A stretch of DNA of 64,000 nucleotides from Candidatus Pacearchaeota archaeon (GTDB lineage: Archaea > Nanobdellota > Nanobdellia > Pacearchaeales > GW2011-AR1). The stretch covers positions 2,660 to 66,659 of the forward strand of contig JAGVXA010000008.1 of NCBI GenBank assembly GCA_018304025.1, read 5' to 3'. Each line of letters begins with the position of its first letter. Positions within the stretch are counted from its first letter, which is position 1. Under the pieces are notes generated by a model that was given only the letters and a program-made list of their open reading frames with translations, did not search any database and was not told the DNA's origin. This document shows positions 17,073 through 25,156 of this stretch, in pieces. The position numbers were made by a program, and so were the translations under genes.

Positions 17073-18262
17073 AACACAAAAAAATAATTCATCACGGAGA
17101 GCATCACGGAGAGAAGAAAACTGAAACAAAGCAGGTTCATCATAAAGAACATCACAAAGATTTTCAACACAAAGATATTCATAAAGAACATCATCAGGAA
17201 GTTCATAAAAAAGTAATTGAAACAAAACATATTCAGCACAAAGATATTCATAAAGAACATCACAAAGATTTCCAAAAAGAAAAAACCTCGAGCGCGGGGG
17301 AAATTTTTAGCAAAAAGCCCGAGCCCCAGGAATTATTTATTGACATAAAAAAAGAGGATGTGGTTTATCCGAAAGAGGAAAAAAAGAAACTAAACTGGAA
17401 ATATCTTCTGCTGTTTGTTCTAGCTGTTTTAATTTGGGAGGGTGTTTTTTATTTCACGAAAAATCTGCTGAATATTGGCGCGGCTTTTATCCTGATGTTT
17501 GGATTATTTGAGTTTTATGAGTTCGTAAAGAAGAAGCTTAAAATTTCTGAAGACATTAAGAAAATGGAAGAAGTTTTTCCTGATTTTATTTCGCTTATGG
17601 CGTCGAATCTTCGGGCGGGAATGACGATTGACCAGGCGATGCTGTTGAGTTCGAGGGAGGAATTCGCTCCCTTGGACAAGCAGATTGTAAGAGTTGGCAA
17701 AGATATTGTCACCGGCAAAAAAGTAAATCTTGCTCTAAGCGATATGGCTGTAAGAATTAATTCTGAAAAAATTAAAAAAATAATAATGCTTATAACTTCT
17801 GGAATGGGCGCGGGCGGGAATTTATCTGTGCTGCTTGAAGAGACTGCTACAAATATGCGGGAGAGGAATTTTGTCGAGAAGAGAGCTGCTTCAAATGTTT
17901 TGATGTATGTTATTTTTATTTTCTTTGCTGTTGCATTCGGGGCGCCGCTTTTGTTTGGTTTGTCGTCGGTTTTGGTTGAGATTTTGACGAATATGCTGAG
18001 CAGCCTTCCTTCGGATGGAATGAACGTTAGTCTGCCTTTTACCCTGACGAACGTTACTATTTCTTTGAATTTTGTTGTTTACTTTTCAATTTTATTTATG
18101 GTAGTCACAGATATACTGGCTTCTTTTGTTTTGGGATTAGTGAATAAAGGAGAAGAGAAGGAAGGAGTTAAATTTATTATTCCGATGATAGCGATTGGAT
18201 TGGTGATTTATTTTATTTCGAGGGTTATTTTATTGAGATATTTCTCGGGGGTTTTCGGGTAG
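17069..18262 (+). CDS. FlaJ/TadC-like membrane platform protein (T2SS-F domain) with His/Lys-rich N-terminus
   Basis: EVFPDFISLMASNLRAGMTIDQAM segment typical of T2SS-F/TadC domains plus several TM helices; first ~70 aa are HHGEHHGEKK...HKDIHKEHH repeats. Confidence 0.65.
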   Translation: MKHKKIIHHGEHHGEKKTETKQVHHKEHHKDFQHKDIHKEHHQEVHKKVIETKHIQHKDIHKEHHKDFQKEKTSSAGEIFSKKPEPQELFIDIKKEDVVYPKEEKKKLNWKYLLLFVLAVLIWEGVFYFTKNLLNIGAAFILMFGLFEFYEFVKKKLKISEDIKKMEEVFPDFISLMASNLRAGMTIDQAMLLSSREEFAPLDKQIVRVGKDIVTGKKVNLALSDMAVRINSEKIKKIIMLITSGMGAGGNLSVLLEETATNMRERNFVEKRAASNVLMYVIFIFFAVAFGAPLLFGLSSVLVEILTNMLSSLPSDGMNVSLPFTLTNVTISLNFVVYFSILFMVVTDILASFVLGLVNKGEEKEGVKFIIPMIAIGLVIYFISRVILLRYFSGVFG

Positions 18263-18316
18263 GATAGTTATTAGTAAATAAATTATATTTGTTTCTGGAC
18301 GCAATCGGGCTTACTA

Positions 18317-18338
18317 ATTTTTAGTATATAAATTATAT
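18317..18338 (+). promoter_or_regulatory. conserved TATA-like head of a family A repeat
   Basis: AATTTTTAGTATATAAATTATAT, identical core to the copies at 11626, 25794 and 54564. Confidence 0.4.
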
Positions 18339-18342
18339 CGCT

Positions 18343-18515
18343 GCGTGACGCATTTGGACTTGCCAATTTTTGCGACTGGCAAGTCTTATTGTTAACAGCT
18401 CACTCCGTTCGCTGGTGCGCACCGAGTAATTGCTTCGCTGACAATCGCGAGTCTTATCGGTAAAATTCGCTCCGCGAATTTGGCGACGCATCAACTCTGC
18501 GAAATTCGCGTGGCG
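18343..18515 (+). repeat. family A structured repeat, composite multi-unit copy
   Basis: GCGTGACGC, GACTTGCCA..TGGCAAGTC, palindrome GGTGCGCACC, CTTCGC..GCGAG, AAATTCGCTCCGCGAATTT, tail GACGCATCAACTCTGCGAAATTCGCG. Shares its module order with the array at 52.8 kb. Confidence 0.75.
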
Positions 18516-18592
18516 AACTAATTTTTTTGGAAGGGAATAATTATCAGAAATGTATTCGTTAAGTTTTTATAGACTATTTGGTTTTGATAACG

Positions 18593-19462
18593 ATGGTAAA
18601 AAGAGGAAAGAAAAAAAATAGCAACGCGCTGAAGAAAAAAGCTGCTAAGAAGATTGCGAAGAAGGTTACAAAAAAGATTGGGGGGCGGAGAGCTAGGAAG
18701 ATTGCGAAGAAGAGGCACGCGAAGAAGATTTTGGGCAAGAGACATTTGAAGAAAAATTTTTTTAGGAGAAAGGAGTCGGACAGAGTTGTCACGGGAATTT
18801 ATAATTTTGACGGGCTTATCGGCGGAGGATTTGAAAAAAATTCTACGAATCTTGTCGTCGGCGGTTCTGGCGCAGGGAAGACAATTTTCGCCACGCATTT
18901 TTTGGTTGAAGGAATGAAAAAAGGAGAGAAAGGATTGTACGTGACTTTTGAGGAAAAGAAAGAGCAATTTTTTGAAAACATGAAAGATTTTGGATGGGAT
19001 TTGGCGGATTATGAAAAGAAGGGGCTTTTTACTTTCTTGGAATATTCCCCGCACAAGGTCAAGACAATGCTTGAAGAGGGCGGCGGGACTATCGAGAGTG
19101 TTATTCTTAAGAAAAAAATTTCAAGAATGGTCATAGACAGCATAACTTCTTTTGAATTATTGTTCGAGGGAGAATTAGCCAAGAGAGAAGCTGCCTTGGA
19201 ACTTTTCGGAATGATTAGAGATTGGGACTGCACTTCTTTGCTTACGCTGGACGAGAATGTCGAAGGCAAGGGGCTGACTTCGGGGACTATGGAGTTTGAA
19301 GCTGATTCAATAATTTTGCTTTATTATATCAGGAATAAGAACGAGAGACAAAGACGAATTGAAGTTGTGAAGATGCGGGGAACAAAACATTCGTCAAGTC
19401 TTTATAATTTTGAAATTGGAAAAAGGGGAATTATTATTGGAAAGAGTGCGGTTAGGGGGTAG
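18593..19462 (+). CDS. KaiC/RecA-superfamily ATPase (FlaH-like) with polybasic N-terminal extension
   Basis: Walker A VVGGSGAGKTIFATHF, KGLYVTFEE, RMVIDSITSF, KMRGTKHS. First ~60 aa are Lys/Arg-rich. ATG at 18593 preferred to the track's TTG at 18578. Confidence 0.75.
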   Translation: MVKRGKKKNSNALKKKAAKKIAKKVTKKIGGRRARKIAKKRHAKKILGKRHLKKNFFRRKESDRVVTGIYNFDGLIGGGFEKNSTNLVVGGSGAGKTIFATHFLVEGMKKGEKGLYVTFEEKKEQFFENMKDFGWDLADYEKKGLFTFLEYSPHKVKTMLEEGGGTIESVILKKKISRMVIDSITSFELLFEGELAKREAALELFGMIRDWDCTSLLTLDENVEGKGLTSGTMEFEADSIILLYYIRNKNERQRRIEVVKMRGTKHSSSLYNFEIGKRGIIIGKSAVRG

Positions 19463-19464
19463 CT

Positions 19465-19992
19465 ATGAAATTAAAAAAAGCACAAGGTGCTGAGTACAGC
19501 CCCAAAGCGCTTTCGAGTACGAAAGCCCAAGCATGGGGATTTGACTTGACTATCGGATTTGTTATTTTTACTGTCGCAATTGTCTCTTTTTATTTTTTTG
19601 CGGTGAATTATCCTACGGATAACGAAGAGAATTTTCAGGAGATGCAGTATGAGGGGCAGCTGATTGGAGACAATCTGCTTTCTGAGGGAAGCCCTTTGGA
19701 CTGGACTTCTGATAATGTTTTGAGAATCGGAATAGTCAGCGACGACAAGATAAACGAGACGAAGCTGGCGAGGTTTGCTGCTCTTGCTGGTTCGGATTAC
19801 GGCAGGACGAAGACGTTGTTTAATGTCCGGCACGATTATTTATTAAATTTTTCAGAATCTTTGGATGTTGGCGGGGCGCAGGTTCAGCAAATTGGAAATG
19901 TTGATTTTAGTTCAGAGAATTTGGTAAAAGTAATAAGACTTAGCTCGTATAAGGGCGAGCCGATAACATTAAGTATATATTTGTCTGATTAA
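19465..19992 (+). CDS. pilin-like / accessory protein with N-terminal hydrophobic helix
   Basis: KAQAWGFDLTIGFVIFTVAIVSFYFF resembles a class III signal peptide; lies inside the pilus locus. Confidence 0.45.
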   Translation: MKLKKAQGAEYSPKALSSTKAQAWGFDLTIGFVIFTVAIVSFYFFAVNYPTDNEENFQEMQYEGQLIGDNLLSEGSPLDWTSDNVLRIGIVSDDKINETKLARFAALAGSDYGRTKTLFNVRHDYLLNFSESLDVGGAQVQQIGNVDFSSENLVKVIRLSSYKGEPITLSIYLSD

Positions 19993-19999
19993 ATTTAAG

Positions 20000-22429
20000 A
20001 TGGTGAAATTTAGAAAAGGGGTTTTTTTCAGCACGGACGCTTTGATAGCTTTGATACTGATATTTTTAGTCTTGATTGTTTTTTATCCGATTTTTGCCGA
20101 GATAAAACCTACTTCAGAGGTTCATTACGATGTCTTGAACTTGCTTTCCTCTTTGAAAGTTGGAGAGATAGAAAACAGTTATGCCCAGGCGCTGATCAAC
20201 AGTCACGTGATAAACAACACGAATTACAGCTTGCTAGAACAGATAGGGGAATTTTCTCTCAACGACATTGCCACAGCCAAATCCTTTACGCAAAATGTTA
20301 TGAGCGAATTGGATTTTGGAAATGAAAATTTTGGAATTTGGTACAACGACGCTTTAATTTATTCCCATAATACTTCTTCGTTTGAGGAAGCAGAGAGAGT
20401 TGAAACTGCGAGGCATATAATTTCAGGGCTGAAGTCTGGACAGGACGCGACTGGTTTTGCTGCGCGGGCTGGTTTGGCGAGCAATTACAGCCAGAGGTAT
20501 TATTATTTTGGAGGATATGCCGGCGACGGAAATCTTTCTTTTAAAATTGATTATGAAGGAGTGATTAGTTCTGCTGAGATGGAGATAGCAATCAACAAGG
20601 ATTTTGAATTATTTATTAATGGGATTGATTCGGGGAGCTATAATAAATCCACTTCAGAGTTTACTCCTTCGAGATATGCTATTCCTGCAACGAATTTTCA
20701 TACGGGTTCGAATGAAATTAAATTAATCGGAAATAATTTGTATATTGCCGGCGGTTTTTTTAAGATAGGATACAAGAGCGATGTTGAGTATGAGCAACCG
20801 GATAAATATCATTTTCCGGGGGTTGAGGGAGCTGTTAATGTTTATGACGGGTTTTACGTTCCAGGGAATTTGGATGGAATGAAAGTGAATCTGCATCTGA
20901 ATTGTTCAGATATCGATGTATTTTTGAATATCGGAAATGTAACTGTTTTTGACAGGGCTACGCTTGGCGAAGAAAACATAACAATAACTGATGCAGAACT
21001 TGATTCGAAATTGGATTATAATTTTCTCTCCAGAAAAACTGTTCCTATAAGGCTTGGCTTGAGAGAGTCGTTTGGAGGAGAAAATCGGGCGATTGATGTT
21101 TTTTCTGCTGCTGAACTTTCAGGAAGTATGAATCAGAATGTTCCTGCGGTTGGAAAAAAGGTGTTAGATCTTGTTCAAGAAGGAAATGAGATGTTTATTT
21201 ATTCTATTTTGAATATTTCTGGAAGCAAGCTTGGATTAATTGGATTTAGCAAAGATGCCGAGGATGCAACTCAACAGCACGATCTTTCTACAGATATTGT
21301 CTCGTTGAATAATACTGTTTATTCTTGGAAAGGCGGCGAGGGCTCATGTACTTGTTGCGGCATTGATAAGGCTGTCGAGAAACTTCTTGTGCAGTCTTCT
21401 CCTTCGAGATATAGGTCTATTGTGCTAATGAGCGACGGCAAGGCGAACACCGCATGCGTCAGCGGCGATGCAAAGCAGGATGCTATTAATTCTGCCTGCA
21501 ATGCGTGGGAAAATAATGGCATTCAAGTGCATGTAATAGGATTTGGACCAACGACTACTATTGATGAGGCAACTTTGCAGGCAATTGCGCAGTGCGGCAA
21601 CGGGACGTATATTTATGCGAGTGCATCAAAGCTAACAGACGCTTATATCCAGATGGCTAATCTTCTAAGCACTTTTTATGTCGGGCAGACAGTCGGAGTT
21701 CTTGGAAATATCAGAATGAAACTTTTCCCGGACTCTTACATAGAATTTGATTATGCCAAGACAGCTGCTCCGTTTGGACTGTACATCACTTCGGAAAATA
21801 GTTTTAGTGACGCTTATTCGGGAAGTTTTAATGTTCCTGCCGGAAGCCAGGTACTTGATATGAATGTTGTTTCTTATTCCGGACCGAGATGGACTGATTA
21901 TGTTGAAGTGAATGGAAATAAAATATACAAACTGAGCGATTACGGAACAAATTATATTATGCTGGGCGATCCGTACACTTATAACTCGCCTGTTTCGCTT
22001 GTTACGCCCGGAACAAATTATGTTAATCTTACTACGGCGCTAAACATCACCAGCAATTTTTCTGGTTCTGTTTCAAATAAAATTATTTACACTCTTGTGA
22101 GAAATGTTTCTGTGTTTTCTGACATTATGGTGACGGCAAACGGATGCCTCTGGGATGTTCAGTTCGACGGTGTTGTTTCTTCTGTTGCGATACCTTCTTC
22201 CTATACGGGAACTGAGAAATGCGTTTATAACGACACGGAGCAGAAAATTTCTAATCCTAATGACGCGTATCAGATTGCTGTGATGGGGCTTTTGCAGCAG
22301 CTTGATTTAAATGCCGACGGGAAAGTTGATGTCGCTTTTGGAGCAGGAGACTTAAATGTTTTTCTGGATGAAGTTGAAGGAATTCCGATTCCATGGTCAA
22401 TTGAGGTGGAGGCGAGATTATGGTATTAA
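20000..22429 (+). CDS. large pilin-like protein with von Willebrand factor A domain
   Basis: N-terminus FRKGVFFSTDALIALILIFLVLIV (class III-like). vWA-like motifs ELSGSM (MIDAS position), IVLMSDGKAN, VHVIGFG. Confidence 0.6.
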   Translation: MVKFRKGVFFSTDALIALILIFLVLIVFYPIFAEIKPTSEVHYDVLNLLSSLKVGEIENSYAQALINSHVINNTNYSLLEQIGEFSLNDIATAKSFTQNVMSELDFGNENFGIWYNDALIYSHNTSSFEEAERVETARHIISGLKSGQDATGFAARAGLASNYSQRYYYFGGYAGDGNLSFKIDYEGVISSAEMEIAINKDFELFINGIDSGSYNKSTSEFTPSRYAIPATNFHTGSNEIKLIGNNLYIAGGFFKIGYKSDVEYEQPDKYHFPGVEGAVNVYDGFYVPGNLDGMKVNLHLNCSDIDVFLNIGNVTVFDRATLGEENITITDAELDSKLDYNFLSRKTVPIRLGLRESFGGENRAIDVFSAAELSGSMNQNVPAVGKKVLDLVQEGNEMFIYSILNISGSKLGLIGFSKDAEDATQQHDLSTDIVSLNNTVYSWKGGEGSCTCCGIDKAVEKLLVQSSPSRYRSIVLMSDGKANTACVSGDAKQDAINSACNAWENNGIQVHVIGFGPTTTIDEATLQAIAQCGNGTYIYASASKLTDAYIQMANLLSTFYVGQTVGVLGNIRMKLFPDSYIEFDYAKTAAPFGLYITSENSFSDAYSGSFNVPAGSQVLDMNVVSYSGPRWTDYVEVNGNKIYKLSDYGTNYIMLGDPYTYNSPVSLVTPGTNYVNLTTALNITSNFSGSVSNKIIYTLVRNVSVFSDIMVTANGCLWDVQFDGVVSSVAIPSSYTGTEKCVYNDTEQKISNPNDAYQIAVMGLLQQLDLNADGKVDVAFGAGDLNVFLDEVEGIPIPWSIEVEARLWY

Positions 22430-22491
22430 ACAAAAAAGGCGAGACTAGGGCATTAAACAAAAAAGGCGAGATTATGGTATTAAACAAGCGC
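22411..22491 (+). repeat. 3 x 27-nt tandem repeat spanning a gene junction
   Basis: GGCGAGATTATGGTATTAAACAAAAAA / GGCGAGACTAGGGCATTAAACAAAAAA / GGCGAGATTATGGTATTAAACAAGCGC. Unit 1 contains the stop of the vWA gene; units 1 and 3 each contain an in-frame ATG. Confidence 0.85.
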
Positions 22492-23394
22492 GGAATGTTT
22501 TTTACTTTGCTGGCAATTGTGATTATTTCTATTTTTGTTTTGTCTTTTATTTTTATTCCGGGACGCGACGAAAGGAAAACTGTCGAGAGAAGAATCAAGA
22601 CGATGAATAATTTTGTTTTTGCAGTTGAAGAGGATTTGCCGAGGCATTTATACACTGCAGGTTTTAGGAGCATATTTATTTTTGAGAGGGAAATTTTTGA
22701 GGGGGAGAGCTATATTACTAACTTAAATGGAAAGTTTAATGAACTGTTTTTTTACGGGACTTTGGGGGGGCAGAAAGAAGAGCTGATGAGAGATGCTAAT
22801 TTTTCTAAGATAGAAGAAAAGCTGAGAGAGAAAGCGACGAAGATTAATGCAAATCTTAGCTTGTTCAATGCCAGCGTTGAGATTTCGCAAGCGGACCCGT
22901 GGAACGTCAGGGTTCGATTGAACGCTACTTTGGTTATTGAAGATTACAGCGGATTGGTCGGCTGGAATAAAAATTCTGTTTTCGACGCGTATATTCCTAT
23001 TTCGGAATTTGACGATCCGATTTATGTTATCGGGACGAATGGACAAGTTTTGCACAAGATGGTTCAGGCGAACGACACTAATTTTGCGGATAATGGTGTT
23101 TTGATTGAGCACGTGTATCATTCGTATTACATTGCTTCTCCAAATCGCGGGTCGAGTTTTCTTGACAGATTGCAGGGAGATTTTTCTGCAGACGCAAACG
23201 GAGTTGAGTCTTTAGTTAACTTGCAGGAGCTGTCGCAGAAGGGGATTGCTGCAAAGCCGGGAAAGTCTATTGTTGATTATATTTACTTTTCGAATGAAAA
23301 TCCTGCCAGCTGCGTTGTTGATTCGGGTTTGCCGTCGTGGTTTAGACTGGATGATCCTTTGCATACGGGGATTTATCAGGCTAGTTGCGCTTAA
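22474..23394 (+). CDS. pilin-like protein (class III signal peptide)
   Basis: MVLNKRGMFFTLLAIVIISIFVL from the ATG at 22474; the alternative upstream ATG at 22420 lies in the duplicated 27-nt unit. Confidence 0.55.
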   Translation: MVLNKRGMFFTLLAIVIISIFVLSFIFIPGRDERKTVERRIKTMNNFVFAVEEDLPRHLYTAGFRSIFIFEREIFEGESYITNLNGKFNELFFYGTLGGQKEELMRDANFSKIEEKLREKATKINANLSLFNASVEISQADPWNVRVRLNATLVIEDYSGLVGWNKNSVFDAYIPISEFDDPIYVIGTNGQVLHKMVQANDTNFADNGVLIEHVYHSYYIASPNRGSSFLDRLQGDFSADANGVESLVNLQELSQKGIAAKPGKSIVDYIYFSNENPASCVVDSGLPSWFRLDDPLHTGIYQASCA

Positions 23395-23428
23395 TTTTTC
23401 TGGGGGTTTAGATAGGTTGAGATTTTTA

Positions 23429-23567
23429 GGGAGATAATTATCTGGATAGAATCGAGAAATTGTTCTTCTCGGCGCGCATTTGGACGCACAATTTTATTCG
23501 GTTGTGCGTCTTATCATTAACCAAATTCACTTCGTGAATTTGGAGAGCGCGCCGAGCAATTTCCGAG
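23429..23567 (+). repeat. family B hairpin with a family A unit nested in its loop
   Basis: GGGAGATAATTATCTGGATAGAATCGAGAAATTGTTCTTCTC [GGCGCGC..GGACGCACA..TGTGCGTC..AAATTCACTTCGTGAATTT..GCGCGCC, 23471-23553] GAGCAATTTCCGAG. Confidence 0.8.
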
Positions 23568-23676
23568 AATTTTTACTAATGATAATGACTAACTTGTGAA
23601 CAGAGCAATTTCCGAAAATCGCTGATTAACGAGATTTGTCAAGGGATTGATAATTTATGATAATGGCTGGAATGAA

Positions 23677-24312
23677 TTAGCAGACGGTTTTTGTTGGAAC
23701 TTTTTCTGTGAAGATGTCGCAGGTTAATTCTTTTTCTGCGTCTGGGCTTGTGATTTCGAATGTTTTTTTGAATTCTGTTTCTTGTCCAGGGCTTAGTGCT
23801 GCTTGAAGAGATTCTTGCTGAATGATTTGTTGTGTTGAAATTTCTTTTAGGATGAAATTAACTTGAAACATTCCGGAGGTTGTGTAATCGAGATTTTGCG
23901 CATTTACAGAGCAGACTACTTTTTTTTCTGTGCAAATTCCGTCTTGGTAATTAAGACAGGTTTGGATTTTGTTGAATTTGTAGAGAGAGTAAGAGATTTG
24001 TTCTGTTGTGCATGTTGGAGAAATTGCTGCTGCGCTGATTCCGCCGCTACTACTACTTCCTCCGCTACTTCCTCCATCACTTCCTCCACTTTCTCCTCCG
24101 CCGCCACCGCCGCCACCGCCTGAACTTGCTGGAGATGAAGAAGTTGTGTCAGAAGACTGCGTATTTTGCGAGGGATTTTGTTCTGATTCTTTTTCAGTTT
24201 TTGAAATTGCCGACGAGGTTAAATTTTCATTTGGAGATTTGGAGATGCTGTAAATCAGAAAAGAAATCATTGCTAATGCGAAAATTATTACTACAATAAT
24301 TAGTTTTTTCAT
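23677..24312 (-). CDS. secreted or membrane-anchored protein with Ser/Gly linker
   Basis: N-terminal signal/anchor MKKLIIVVIIFALAMISFLIY, poly-Gly/Ser tract SSGGGGGGGGGESGGSDGGSSGGSSSSGG, Cys-containing C-terminal domain. Confidence 0.5.
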   Translation of the reverse strand: MKKLIIVVIIFALAMISFLIYSISKSPNENLTSSAISKTEKESEQNPSQNTQSSDTTSSSPASSGGGGGGGGGESGGSDGGSSGGSSSSGGISAAAISPTCTTEQISYSLYKFNKIQTCLNYQDGICTEKKVVCSVNAQNLDYTTSGMFQVNFILKEISTQQIIQQESLQAALSPGQETEFKKTFEITSPDAEKELTCDIFTEKVPTKTVC

Positions 24313-24406
24313 TTTAAACAGAGGAGAGTAATGTTTATAAAGTTCTTTGTTTTAATCTTTGGATAATTAAAGAGATTTTTAATAAAGACAAAAAGGAGGT
24401 AAAAAT

Positions 24407-24898
24407 ATGAAAAAGAAAGGACAAGCAGCTATGGAGTTTTTGATGACTTATGGCTGGGCTATTTTGGCTGCGATAATTGTTATCGGAGTGATTGCGATTT
24501 ACTTTAGACCTGGGAATCTTGTAGGGCAGGCAAGTATTTTTAGTCCGCCGTTTACTGCAGTATCACAAGCGATTACTGCCTCGAATGAGATAGCTAGAAT
24601 AGAACTAAGAAACAGCGGAGCAGAATCATTAAGTCTTGCGGCAGCACCAACAGCGACTATAAACAATCCTTCTGGAGGAACTTGTACTCCTGTTTTGTCA
24701 GCTACCCAAGGAGGAGCAACTGTGGCTTACCCATATACTTGGAACTCTGGAGTAACGCTCTTTTTAGACTGTACAAGCAGCGCAGATTTAGTTGCAGGTA
24801 AAACTTTTGATGCTGATATTACAGTAACGTACACGAGTGGCGCAGGTACGCTAGCAAAAGTTTCTACTGGAACAATTTCTGGTAAAATCAACGCTTAA
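24407..24898 (+). CDS. archaeal type IV pilin (candidate major pilin)
   Basis: MKKKGQAAMEFLMTYGWAILAAIIVIGVIAIYF class III signal peptide; strong AAGGAGGT 8 nt upstream of the ATG; Thr/Ser/Ala-rich globular part. Confidence 0.75.
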   Translation: MKKKGQAAMEFLMTYGWAILAAIIVIGVIAIYFRPGNLVGQASIFSPPFTAVSQAITASNEIARIELRNSGAESLSLAAAPTATINNPSGGTCTPVLSATQGGATVAYPYTWNSGVTLFLDCTSSADLVAGKTFDADITVTYTSGAGTLAKVSTGTISGKINA

Positions 24899-24911
24899 AT
24901 TTAATTTAATT

Positions 24912-24940
24912 TATTTTTTTAATTCATTTTTATTTTTTTC
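24912..24940 (+). terminator. oligo-T tract, candidate archaeal terminator after the pilin gene
   Basis: three T-runs (TTTTTTT, TTTTT, TTTTTTT) within 30 nt immediately after the stop codon. Confidence 0.35.
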
Positions 24941-24954
24941 AATTAGTCGGGACT

Positions 24955-24998
24955 GGGAGATAATTATCGGGAAGAAAAATCCTTGAAGGGTTGTGAAT
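24955..24998 (+). repeat. family C intergenic repeat module
   Basis: GGGAGATAATTATCGGGAAGAAAAATCCTTGAAGGGTTGTGAATT; related copy at 58077-58130. Confidence 0.6.
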
Positions 24999-25156
24999 TA
25001 ATTGTTTGTGAAGGCAATCAGCAGAATAAGAATTCAGAGGGATTGGTGAATTAATTTTATATTGGAGAGTTGTTAGCACAAAATCCTTTTGCCGAAAGAA
25101 TTAAAAACTTGAATTTTCTGTAATAATCATATACGCTCATCCTTGCTTGTCAAGGG

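Noticed and set aside
18518-19054. 178-aa minus-strand ORF antisense to the KaiC-like gene
   Set aside because: It is the antisense shadow of Lys-rich AAG/AAA codons (read as Phe/Leu-rich). The plus frame has clear Walker motifs.
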